Shown: piece by piece, positions 27,311-37,713 of the stretch
Layout of the letters: the number at the start of each line of letters is the position of its first letter
How positions within the stretch are numbered: the first letter of the stretch is position 1
DNA from: Terriglobales bacterium
GTDB taxonomy: Bacteria; Acidobacteriota; Terriglobia; Terriglobales; Acidobacteriaceae
Reading direction: 5' to 3'
Assembly (NCBI GenBank): GCA_963792225.1
Contig: CAWBVM010000011.1
Location: 37,406-101,405, forward strand
DNA length: 64,000 nt
The notes under the pieces: model-generated
Databases searched by the model: none
Told to the model about the DNA's origin: nothing
What the model saw: the letters and a program-made list of their open reading frames with translations, nothing else
Made by a program: the position numbers and the translations under genes

Positions 27311-29932
27311 ATGGCAATTCGTTGGGACAAATTCACGCAGAAGTCGCAAGAGGCGATGCAGTCCGCGAGTGAGATCGCAATCGAGCATGGGAATCCGGAA
27401 TTGCTGCCGATCCACTTGCTGGCTGCACTCTTGACCGACAAGGACAATATCGTCGTCCCTCTGGTGACGAAAGCGGGAGCCCCACCAGAGCAGATGCTCG
27501 CGGAAGCACGGCAAGCGGTGGACCGTCTCCCGAAAGTCTCCGGCAGCTCTGCGCAGCCCAACATGGCGAACTCGACCCAGCAGGTGATCGAGCAGGCGTT
27601 CAAAGAAGCAGAGAAGTTTAAAGATGAGTATGTCTCAACAGAACACATACTGCTCGCTCTTGCGCAGCGTAAGGGAGACTTTGCGTATGAATTGCTCCAG
27701 AAGCACGGCGCCACTCACGATGTACTGCTGAAGCAATTACAGCAACTGCGAGGGTCCCACCGCGTGACCGACCAGAATCCGGAGGCGAAGTACCAGGCGC
27801 TCGAGCGCTACGCGAAAGATCTCACAGAGCTTGCGCGCAGGGGCAAGCTGGATCCGGTGATCGGCCGTGAGGAGGAGATCCGCCGGGTCATTCAGGTACT
27901 GTCCCGCCGAACGAAGAACAATCCCGTGTTGATCGGTGAACCTGGCGTGGGGAAGACGGCGATCGTCGAAGGACTTGCGCGGCGCATCGTTTCCGGAGAC
28001 GTCCCGGAGATCCTGCGCGACAAGAAAGTCATTTCACTCGATCTCGGATCGATGCTCGCAGGCGCGAAATACCGGGGCGAATTCGAAGACCGCCTAAAGG
28101 CCGTGCTGAAAGAGATCGAAGACTCTCAAGGCAGCATTATCCTGTTCATCGATGAGTTGCACACGTTGGTGGGTGCTGGCGCGGCTGAGGGCGCAATCGA
28201 CGCGTCAAACATGTTGAAGCCAGCGCTGGCGCGAGGTGAGTTGCGCGCGATCGGCGCCACCACGCTGAATGAGTACCGCAAGTACATCGAGAAGGATGCA
28301 GCGCTCGAACGGCGCTTTCAGATCGTATTCGTCGGAGAACCCAACGTCGAAGACACGATCTCGATTCTTCGCGGATTGAAGGAGCGCTATGAGGCGCACC
28401 ATAATGTCCGCATCAAGGATGCGGCCTTAGTGGCGGCGGCGACGCTATCGCACCGTTACATCAGCGACCGCTTCCTGCCTGATAAAGCGATCGATCTAGT
28501 GGATGAAGCCGCTGCGTCGCTCGCCATCCAGATCGGGTCTGTGCCTGTAGAGATCGACAACCTCGAACGTCGGCGGACGCAGCTCGAGATCGAAAAGCAA
28601 GCGTTGAAGCGCGAGACGGACAAGAACTCAAAGGCCCGCCTCAAGGAAGTTGAGCAGGAGCTCAGTGATCTTCGCGAAGGGATCCATGCGCTGCGCGCTC
28701 GCTGGGAAGAGGAGCGGGGCAGCATTACCCGGCTCAGTGAGCTCAAAAAGCGGGTAGAAGAGCTTCGCTTCGAGATGGAGACTGCAACGCGGCGGGGCAA
28801 TCTCGAGCGTGCGGCACAGATCCAGTACGGCGAGTTGCCGCAGGCGGAGCGGGAGCTCGCCGTTCTGAACGCCAAGATGGATGGCGCCGGTCCTAAGTCG
28901 CGCATGCTCAAAGAAGAGGTAGATGAGGAAGATATCGCGAGAATCGTCTCCAAGTGGACGGGCATCCCGGTAAGCAAGATGCTGCAAGGAGAGGTAAGAA
29001 AACTCATCGAGATGGAAGACCGCCTGCGCGAGCGAGTGATCGGGCAGGATGAAGCGATTACCCAAGTTGCGGATGCGATCCGACGCTCGCGAGCAGGACT
29101 CAGCGATCCCAAGCGCCCGATCGGTAGCTTTATCTTCCTGGGGCCGACCGGTGTCGGAAAGACCGAGCTGGCGCGTGCTCTGGCTGAGTTCCTCTTCGAT
29201 GATGAACAAGCGATGGTGCGTATCGACATGTCCGAGTACATGGAAAAACATGCAGTAGCACGCCTTATCGGTGCGCCTCCGGGGTATGTGGGCTTCGACG
29301 AAGGCGGGCAGCTGACGGAAGCCGTTCGCCGGCATCCCTACTCAGTGATCCTCTTCGACGAGATCGAAAAGGCGCACCCTGACGTCTTCAATGTCATGTT
29401 GCAGATCCTCGATGATGGACGCTTGACCGATGCCAAGGGACGGACGGTGGACTTCAAGAACACGGTGATCATCATGACGTCGAACCTGGGTGCTCAATTC
29501 CTTACGGAAGCGGCAACGAGTGATGAACATGAATGGCAGCAGGCCCGCGAACAGGTGATGAATGTCGTGCGTGGTCACTTCCGTCCCGAGTTCTTGAATC
29601 GGGTGGACGAGATCATCGTATTCAATCCGTTGCGAACCGAGCAGTTGATGAAGATCGTGGAGCTCAGGCTGCAGGACGTGAGGAAGCTACTTGCTGACAG
29701 GCAAATCACGCTGAGCGTTACCGACGACGCGAAGCAGATGCTATTCGCGGATGATCTCAACCGCTCCTATGGAGCGCGCCCGTTGAAGCGAGCGATTCAG
29801 CGACTGATCCAGAACCCTCTGGCGATGAAGATCTTGAATGGAGAGGTGCTGCACGGCGACCAAGTCAGAGTAGATATTGGGGATGATAACCAACTCGACT
29901 TCAAGGTCGAGCGCGCCCATCAGACGGTGTAG
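27311..29932 (+). CDS. clpB: ATP-dependent chaperone/disaggregase ClpB
   Basis: 873 aa. Clp_N, NBD1 GEPGVGKT, long M-domain coiled coil, NBD2 GPTGVGKT. No frameshift. Confidence 0.97.
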   Translation: MAIRWDKFTQKSQEAMQSASEIAIEHGNPELLPIHLLAALLTDKDNIVVPLVTKAGAPPEQMLAEARQAVDRLPKVSGSSAQPNMANSTQQVIEQAFKEAEKFKDEYVSTEHILLALAQRKGDFAYELLQKHGATHDVLLKQLQQLRGSHRVTDQNPEAKYQALERYAKDLTELARRGKLDPVIGREEEIRRVIQVLSRRTKNNPVLIGEPGVGKTAIVEGLARRIVSGDVPEILRDKKVISLDLGSMLAGAKYRGEFEDRLKAVLKEIEDSQGSIILFIDELHTLVGAGAAEGAIDASNMLKPALARGELRAIGATTLNEYRKYIEKDAALERRFQIVFVGEPNVEDTISILRGLKERYEAHHNVRIKDAALVAAATLSHRYISDRFLPDKAIDLVDEAAASLAIQIGSVPVEIDNLERRRTQLEIEKQALKRETDKNSKARLKEVEQELSDLREGIHALRARWEEERGSITRLSELKKRVEELRFEMETATRRGNLERAAQIQYGELPQAERELAVLNAKMDGAGPKSRMLKEEVDEEDIARIVSKWTGIPVSKMLQGEVRKLIEMEDRLRERVIGQDEAITQVADAIRRSRAGLSDPKRPIGSFIFLGPTGVGKTELARALAEFLFDDEQAMVRIDMSEYMEKHAVARLIGAPPGYVGFDEGGQLTEAVRRHPYSVILFDEIEKAHPDVFNVMLQILDDGRLTDAKGRTVDFKNTVIIMTSNLGAQFLTEAATSDEHEWQQAREQVMNVVRGHFRPEFLNRVDEIIVFNPLRTEQLMKIVELRLQDVRKLLADRQITLSVTDDAKQMLFADDLNRSYGARPLKRAIQRLIQNPLAMKILNGEVLHGDQVRVDIGDDNQLDFKVERAHQTV

Positions 29933-29942
29933 AGATCGAGTT

Positions 29943-29982
29943 GAGGGGTTCCGTTCTTCGGAGCGGGACCTCTTTGTTTCTG
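29943..29982 (+). terminator. Probable terminator after clpB
   Basis: Imperfect hairpin gagg..ttccg-ttct-tcgga..cctc followed by tttgtttctgtt. It abuts the convergent gene's stop. Confidence 0.4.
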
Positions 29983-30429
29983 TTACTGAGCGGCCCTCGC
30001 AAAAACAGACTGGATGGTTTCATTGGGCACTTCCCCTGCATGGTTGTACATGGACGCCCCGGAAGCGCTCAATACGATCACGTGAGGAATGCTGCCTTTG
30101 TAATACGCCTTCACCAGTTGCTGTTGTGCGTCAGATCTTGGGCGGTCAAGATCGACGATGATGAAGTGGACCTGCTGCTTGTAGCGATCATAGAGTTCCA
30201 CGGTCCTCCGTGCCTGGCGCTTCGAGTTGAAGCAGCCTTCACCGTAGATGATGATGTAATTCGGCTTCCCTGGGACGAACCCATCGGAGAGATTGTCACC
30301 GGTGATGAGTTGTCCGTCGACACTGTCGCTCTCGTAGTCGAGCTGCCGGTTAAGCTTCAGGTTGTCTGCCGCGAAGAGTGCTGTCGCGAATAGTACAAAT
30401 GTAAGAAGAAGAGTAGATCTGCCCATCAT
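29983..30429 (-). CDS. Secreted thioredoxin-fold protein (CxxS-type site)
   Basis: Signal peptide, YIIIYGEGCFNSKRQ at the position of a Trx active site, and IPHVIVL beta-strand motifs. Confidence 0.65.
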   Translation of the reverse strand: MMGRSTLLLTFVLFATALFAADNLKLNRQLDYESDSVDGQLITGDNLSDGFVPGKPNYIIIYGEGCFNSKRQARRTVELYDRYKQQVHFIIVDLDRPRSDAQQQLVKAYYKGSIPHVIVLSASGASMYNHAGEVPNETIQSVFARAAQ

Positions 30430-31016
30430 TTTAGGTCTCCGAGTTCGAGGTGAAATTCTTCCGTGGTGTGATTTTGCAAGTTGGCGAACCGGACAAGCGC
30501 CTCTTGGAGCGCCTGTGTCATGGAACTCTTCGCAGCCGAAGGACTTGGCGGTAAGTATCCTGCCCCAAAGAAAAGATCGCCGCCCGATGTGATGAAAGAA
30601 GTGAGAGGAAGCCCGGCGGGAAGATTTAAGACAGCTTGGGCACGCTGAAGCTGCGTACCAAGGAACCCTGCATTGTCAAAGTCCAGCTTAGCGGCGATAA
30701 AGTGTGCATTGATGAAGCTGGCGATGCGAGGATCGTTGTAGCTTTCACGGTCCATTCGATCGCACCAGGCACACCATATTGCCCCCACGTCGAGCAAGAT
30801 GGGACGGTGGAGCTTACGAGCGAGCGAAAGTGTATCTCTGTTGAGCGGATGCCAATCCACAGGCTGGTTCGCAGCTCTCGTTAGATAAGAATCGCTGTGT
30901 CCTTGAAGATGGTTTTTCGAGAAACCTTCCTGAGCTGAGGCGCCCCCAGAGAATGAGAGTGACAGGCTAATGACAATAATGATCCGCATCCACATGACAG
31001 TCGGATTTAGGGGCAT
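30426..31016 (-). CDS. Secreted DUF255/thioredoxin-domain protein (YyaL N-terminal-like)
   Basis: DWHPLN...ARKLHRPILLDVGAIWCAWCDRMDRESYNDPRIASFIN is the DUF255 signature with CxxC. Its stop overlaps the next gene's start by 4 nt. Confidence 0.8.
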   Translation of the reverse strand: MPLNPTVMWMRIIIVISLSLSFSGGASAQEGFSKNHLQGHSDSYLTRAANQPVDWHPLNRDTLSLARKLHRPILLDVGAIWCAWCDRMDRESYNDPRIASFINAHFIAAKLDFDNAGFLGTQLQRAQAVLNLPAGLPLTSFITSGGDLFFGAGYLPPSPSAAKSSMTQALQEALVRFANLQNHTTEEFHLELGDLK

Positions 31017-31244
31017 GCATTTCGTTACGTCTACATTCCATTAATTTGCGTGCTGCTGCTTTTTGAGTTGGCCGCTGCCCTCCTGTGGGGGCATTTCGTG
31101 CATAAAATCCCAAGCAGCCGCTTGTTTCTCAACCGCGGCAAACTTCATGGCATTAAGCGCATCAGAAAGTCTAGTGCGTCCCGAACAACATGTAACAGGG
31201 CGGGACAGGGTCAAAGTTGCACAAAATTTCAAGGGAGGTACAGG

Positions 31245-31547
31245 ATGAAGGGATTTTTCTACGGTTTGGGTCTTGGAGTTGCATTGGGTGTGCTGTTCGC
31301 TCCCATGAGCGGCGAAGAGACACGCGGCAATCTAAAAGAGCGCGCAGGGGACTTGGGCGATAATGCCCGGCAACTTGTCAATCAAGGCGCGGACAAGGCA
31401 AAACAGGCGTACAGCGATAGCGCGGAGAAACTTCGCACAGGTGTGCGCACGATTCGCGAGCAGGCGAGCGATGCAGTCCAGAGCGCGGCCAACGCTACAA
31501 AGCGAGTGACCGGAACCGAACGGGCAACAGGAACTGACAACGTTTAA
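31245..31547 (+). CDS. YtxH domain-containing protein
   Basis: GGAGG RBS. MKGFFYGLGLGVALGVLFAPMSGEETR followed by a charged helical tail. Confidence 0.8.
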   Translation: MKGFFYGLGLGVALGVLFAPMSGEETRGNLKERAGDLGDNARQLVNQGADKAKQAYSDSAEKLRTGVRTIREQASDAVQSAANATKRVTGTERATGTDNV

Positions 31548-31574
31548 GCTTTATCTATAAATAAGCGTGTCAAG

Positions 31575-31608
31575 AAAGCGGATGGCGAAAGCTGTCCGCT
31601 TTTTGTTT
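31575..31608 (+). terminator. Rho-independent terminator shared by the convergent ytxH-like and dtd genes
   Basis: aaagcgga-(12-nt loop)-tccgcttt followed by ttgttt. An A-run lies on the other side. Confidence 0.6.
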
Positions 31609-31621
31609 AGGTGAGCGCCCG

Positions 31622-32071
31622 TCAAAAGGCACGTTCAGAATCCAACAAGATCGTGACCGGGCCGTCATTCACCAGCGACACATCCATTTGCGCACGGAAT
31701 CTTCCCGTAGCAACGGTAATCCCGGACGCGCGTAGTTGTGTGATTACCTGTTCATACCAGTGTTCTGCGTCGGCAGAAGCAGCGGCGAGATCAAAGCCGG
31801 GCCGGCGACCTTTTCGTGCATCTCCGTACAGTGTGAACTGACTGACGACGAGGATACTGCCGCCGATCTCCCGAACGTCAAGATTCATTCTTCCAGCGGC
31901 ATCCTCAAAGATGCGGAGGGCAAGAGACTTCTGCACAATGTAATCGCAATCGCTCTGAGAATCCTTTTTAGAAACTCCCAGTAAGAGGAGCAAACCACGC
32001 CCAATAGCGCCCGTCACTTCTCCGTCCACTTGCACCGAGGCACGCGACACTCTTTGAACCACAGCTCGCAT
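31622..32071 (-). CDS. dtd: D-aminoacyl-tRNA deacylase
   Basis: MRAVVQRV...LLLLGV...SQFTLYGDARKGRRPGF. 149 aa. Confidence 0.95.
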   Translation of the reverse strand: MRAVVQRVSRASVQVDGEVTGAIGRGLLLLLGVSKKDSQSDCDYIVQKSLALRIFEDAAGRMNLDVREIGGSILVVSQFTLYGDARKGRRPGFDLAAASADAEHWYEQVITQLRASGITVATGRFRAQMDVSLVNDGPVTILLDSERAF

Positions 32072-32199
32072 TCGCTAGAACCTCAAGAATTTCGGCACGG
32101 ATTGGATACTGCTTCTCACAGACGGTGAGGTTAGCAGATGGGGCCTCTGAGCTGCAGTATGGTTTGTTCCAGTGACCGCAATGTCCCTATAATTTTGAT

Positions 32200-33693
<1,494 letters not shown>

Positions 33694-33759
33694 ACCATCA
33701 GACCAAGCAGGTGGTGACGGCGCTTTTCTTGCCTACGCTCCGTGGTGAATAATTGCACG

Positions 33760-35472
33760 ATGCGTAATCGTCTGGTCTCATTCTGCCTTCTCCTGTCGTG
33801 CCTGGTTCCATCTTCATTCGCTTCAGGACTGCGCCCCACCCACACGTCGAAGGTGATGGTCGTTAGTATCCACCACGACGCCAGCGACGCCGGCGTGGAA
33901 GTGCTCAAAGCCGGTGGCAACGCGGTGGATGCAGCTGTTGCTACCGGATTTGCTCTAGCGGTCGTGCATCCGGTCGCGGGAAACATCGGCGGCGGAGGGT
34001 TCATGCTCTTTCGCACCGCATCCGGCGAAGTCCATTTTCTTGACTATCGCGAGAAAGCTCCCATGGCCGCTACGTCGACGATGTATCAGGATGCGCGGGG
34101 CAATGTGGTCGCCGACATGAGCCTTGTCGGATACAAAGCTGCCGGCGTACCGGGCTCCGTGGCCGGTATGGCAAAGGCCGAGATGCAGTGGGGCAAGCTG
34201 ACGCTTGCGCAGGTGATGGCGCCGGCGATCCGTCTCGCCCGCGATGGCTTCACTCTCACCTGGGAAGAAGCCCGCGCTCTGCAAGAACAGCACCTTTCTG
34301 AGTTTCCTGAATCGCGACGGATCTTTCAACGCGATGGCAACTACTATCGCGCCGGAGATGTGCTGAAACAGCCCGAGCTGGCCGCGACACTCGCACGCAT
34401 CGCCGCAGACCCTGACGACTTTTACCACGGTGAGATAGCGAAGAAGATCGCTGACGACCAGCGCGCACACGGTGGGCTCATTACCGAAAGGGATCTCGCT
34501 GGCTATGAAGCGAAAGAGCGTACTCCTGTTCACGGAACCTATCGCGGGCTTGATATCTACTCCGCGCCACCGCCTTCCTCCGGAGGAATTGTGCTGATCG
34601 AGATGCTCAACATGCTTGAGGGCTACGATCTGCATAAGATGGGCGCCCTCGGATCAGATTCCATGCACCTCACTGCAGAATCCATGAAGCGCGCCTTCAT
34701 GGACCGTGCCGACTTTCTCGGGGACCCAGATTTTTCGCAGATTCCAACTTCGCAGTTGATCGACAAGCAGTATGCGACGAAGTGGCGCGAATCCATTGAT
34801 CCGCAACATACGACTGCAGCCCGGGAGCTCAAGCGTCCCGATTTTGAAGGTCTTGATCGCATCGCGCGTGCCATTCCTGCGGCTGAACCAAATCAGACCA
34901 CACACTACTCGGTGGTAGATGCCAGCGGAAATGCAGTCTCAGTGACTACCACTCTCAATGGCGGCTTTGGATCGTATGTCACTGTTCCCGGGCTAGGGTT
35001 CCTGCTCAACAACGAAATGGACGACTTCGCTGCCAAGGTCGGAGTTCCGAATGGTTATGGATTGATTCAAGGTCCTGCCAATGCGGTCGGTCCCGGGCAC
35101 CGTCCTCTCTCGGCGATGACGCCGACCATTGTCACGGACCACGGCAAACTATTCCTCGTCCTTGGCTCACCCGGAGGGCCGACGATCATCAACACCGTCC
35201 TTGAAGTACTCCAAGATGTGGTCGATTACGGGATGGACATTCAGCAGGCCGTCGCCACACCGCGCTTCCATCACCAGTGGTTGCCCGACGAGATACGGAT
35301 CGAGCCGGGCATCTCTCCCGATACCAGGAGACTGCTCGAACAGCGTGGGCACCGGCTCGATGAAGAGTCTTACTGGGGAGACGCGGAATGCATCATGATC
35401 GACCTAAAGACGGGGGAACGACTCGGCGGACAGGACCCGCGCCACAACTTTGGCAAAGCCGCAGGATATTGA
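33760..35472 (+). CDS. ggt: Gamma-glutamyltransferase
   Basis: Signal peptide, then GGNAVDAAVA, and the autoprocessing/nucleophile region QTTHYSVVD. 570 aa. The ATG at 33760 is preferred over the GTG at 33742. Confidence 0.93.
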   Translation: MRNRLVSFCLLLSCLVPSSFASGLRPTHTSKVMVVSIHHDASDAGVEVLKAGGNAVDAAVATGFALAVVHPVAGNIGGGGFMLFRTASGEVHFLDYREKAPMAATSTMYQDARGNVVADMSLVGYKAAGVPGSVAGMAKAEMQWGKLTLAQVMAPAIRLARDGFTLTWEEARALQEQHLSEFPESRRIFQRDGNYYRAGDVLKQPELAATLARIAADPDDFYHGEIAKKIADDQRAHGGLITERDLAGYEAKERTPVHGTYRGLDIYSAPPPSSGGIVLIEMLNMLEGYDLHKMGALGSDSMHLTAESMKRAFMDRADFLGDPDFSQIPTSQLIDKQYATKWRESIDPQHTTAARELKRPDFEGLDRIARAIPAAEPNQTTHYSVVDASGNAVSVTTTLNGGFGSYVTVPGLGFLLNNEMDDFAAKVGVPNGYGLIQGPANAVGPGHRPLSAMTPTIVTDHGKLFLVLGSPGGPTIINTVLEVLQDVVDYGMDIQQAVATPRFHHQWLPDEIRIEPGISPDTRRLLEQRGHRLDEESYWGDAECIMIDLKTGERLGGQDPRHNFGKAAGY

Positions 35473-35527
35473 GTTCATAGGCTGTGTGTGTGTTCCACAA
35501 CTTGGCGGGTAGTGAATAATAGTCTGC

Positions 35528-36343
35528 ATGCGACGAGCCATCTCGACTTACTGCTACGTACGGCAGCGCCTCACTCCGGGAATGCTCGAGCAGTTGGCGC
35601 AAGCAGGCGCGGAAGAGTTCGAACTCTTTGGCGCACGCAGCCATTTCGACTACCAGGACAGGCAACACGTCCGCGAGATCGCGCAATGGTTTCGCGATAA
35701 CGATCGCGAGGTGCACTCGATGCATTCCCCGATCTATTTCGGTATGGAGTTCGAGCGTTCGGGACAGCAGACCGTCAATATCGTCGATCCGCAGAAGCCT
35801 CGACGTGTTGACGCCATGGATGAGATCAAGCGCGCCCTCGAAGCCGCTGAGACGCTGCCCTTTCACTATATGGTGCAGCACATCGGAGGCAGCAACGAAG
35901 AGTGGGACCCGCGTAAGTTCGACGACGCGATGACTGCGATAGAGCACCTGCGCGCATTCGCCAAGCCGCTCGGCGTAACTGTTCTGGTCGAGAATATCCC
36001 CAACGAACTCGCCACGCCGGAGAAACTGGTGGAGTTGATTCGGACGGCACACTTCAGCGACGTCGGCGTATGTTTCGATACTGGACACGCCCACATCACT
36101 GGAGGTGTCGAGCCGGCGTTCGAGGTACTGCGTCCTCTGATTCGCTCCACACACGTCCACGACAACAGCGGCGAGAAGGATGAACATCTCTGGCCCGGGG
36201 CGGGGAGCATCGATTGGAAGAAGGCGATCGATCTGCTTACATCTGCACCACTGCGTCCGCCATTGCTCTTGGAGGTCAAGGGAGACGAAGGGACGCAAGC
36301 TCCCATAAAAATGGCGCAGACATTCACTCGCCTAATGGGCTGA
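35528..36343 (+). CDS. Sugar phosphate isomerase/epimerase (xylose isomerase-like TIM barrel)
   Basis: VLVENIPNE, CFDTGHAHI and HVHDNSG metal-ligand motifs of the AP_endonuc_2 fold. Confidence 0.85.
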   Translation: MRRAISTYCYVRQRLTPGMLEQLAQAGAEEFELFGARSHFDYQDRQHVREIAQWFRDNDREVHSMHSPIYFGMEFERSGQQTVNIVDPQKPRRVDAMDEIKRALEAAETLPFHYMVQHIGGSNEEWDPRKFDDAMTAIEHLRAFAKPLGVTVLVENIPNELATPEKLVELIRTAHFSDVGVCFDTGHAHITGGVEPAFEVLRPLIRSTHVHDNSGEKDEHLWPGAGSIDWKKAIDLLTSAPLRPPLLLEVKGDEGTQAPIKMAQTFTRLMG

Positions 36344-36397
36344 CATCGATATGAGTGCCACTTTTCTACGCCAAAAGAAAAGAGTAGCCTGTTCGCG

Positions 36398-37237
36398 ATG
36401 CGCTTCCGGCTTGCCACTGTCGTGTCGTTACTAGCTGCACTTTCGCTCTGCGCGTTCGCCGAGGACGCCAGTGATCTGCAAGCAAAGATGCAGAGCCGAT
36501 TCGGCGATGGCAAGATATTGGAACTCAGAAACTGGTATCGAAGCGATAAGCAGTCGTATCGCGCCGACGGAAGCCTCAACGGTAATTCAGAACAGGGCGC
36601 CTGGGTGATCTACGGACTGATGCATGTCGACAACGTACTCTTATCAAAAGACCGCCTCAAGTTGACCGGAACGCGGATAGAGGTCGTACGGGTGTCCTAC
36701 CATGACGCCAGAGATGCGACCCTTACGCATCCGGCATTCATGAAAACGGAGCTCCCGCTCAAGATTGAAATACAGCTCTCCTCTACGGCGCCGACGGAAG
36801 CTCAGGTATTCGAGGTGCTCTCGCGGGTCTTTACTACCCAGAATCAATTGCGCCCTCGTTTACCGTTCACGATTCGAGAACACCTTGAGGAGCTCTTCTC
36901 CGGTCACTGGAAGCGCCCTGAAAGAAGGCAGGAGAATGTTGTGAGAACCGCATCCAGCGGCGAGACGATCTATCGCATAAGCCCCGGCCAGGTAACCTCT
37001 CCGACCGTTGTAAAGCAGGTAGACCCGCGTTCCGCCGGCATTCGCGGGACAGTAGTCCTGGGAGCCGTCCTGACTCCGGATGGAAGGGCCACCGACATCC
37101 AAGTGATCCGGCCACTCTCGCCCGAGACGGACAGGAATGCAGTGGACGCCGTTGCAAAGTGGCGCTTTCAACCTTCTACAAAAGAAGGACAGCCAGTGGC
37201 GGTGTACAGCAACTTTGAGATCAAGTTCCTGAACTAG
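36398..37237 (+). CDS. Secreted protein with C-terminal TonB_C-like domain
   Basis: Signal peptide. C-terminus PTVVKQVDPRSAGIRGTVVLGAVLTPDGRATDIQVIRPLSPETDRNAVDAVAKWRFQPSTKEGQPV. Confidence 0.75.
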   Translation: MRFRLATVVSLLAALSLCAFAEDASDLQAKMQSRFGDGKILELRNWYRSDKQSYRADGSLNGNSEQGAWVIYGLMHVDNVLLSKDRLKLTGTRIEVVRVSYHDARDATLTHPAFMKTELPLKIEIQLSSTAPTEAQVFEVLSRVFTTQNQLRPRLPFTIREHLEELFSGHWKRPERRQENVVRTASSGETIYRISPGQVTSPTVVKQVDPRSAGIRGTVVLGAVLTPDGRATDIQVIRPLSPETDRNAVDAVAKWRFQPSTKEGQPVAVYSNFEIKFLN

Positions 37238-37650
37238 CGCCCCATGATCTTCCCAAGCATGCCGCCGAGCCCTCCCGAGAGCGTGTTTCCTTGGGGAACC
37301 TGCCCGTTCGGCGTCAGACGATCGATCAGGGCGGGCAACACAACCGCTGCGATCGCGCTTGCCACCGCGGGAGGAACGCCTGCATGCGCCGCAAGTTGCT
37401 GGATCTTGTCCTGTCCCAGGCCCTGTTCAATCTGCTGCGGCTGAACCGGCTGGTTGGCTCCAGTACCAATCCAGGAATCAACCTGCGAGCCTAGTCCAGC
37501 GCTTCGCAGCTTGTCTGCAATTCCCCCGACTCCACCGTGGTTCGCAACCATCTGCATCAGGGAATTCGCGACTCCCTGCTGCTGCTCACTCGATCCAGCA
37601 TTCACTCCACTGGAGCTGAGTACGTCTTTGACAATGTTTCCGAAGTCCAT
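37234..37650 (-). CDS. YidB family protein (DUF937)
   Basis: GGIADKLRSAGLGSQVDSWIGTGANQPVQPQQIEQGLG...LIDRLTPNGQVP matches the YidB signature. Confidence 0.85.
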   Translation of the reverse strand: MDFGNIVKDVLSSSGVNAGSSEQQQGVANSLMQMVANHGGVGGIADKLRSAGLGSQVDSWIGTGANQPVQPQQIEQGLGQDKIQQLAAHAGVPPAVASAIAAVVLPALIDRLTPNGQVPQGNTLSGGLGGMLGKIMGR

Positions 37651-37713
37651 GGACGCATCTGATGCCGTGTACCCAGGGAGAGTGGCTCTCTGATTATGGT
37701 TTAATCAGAGCGC

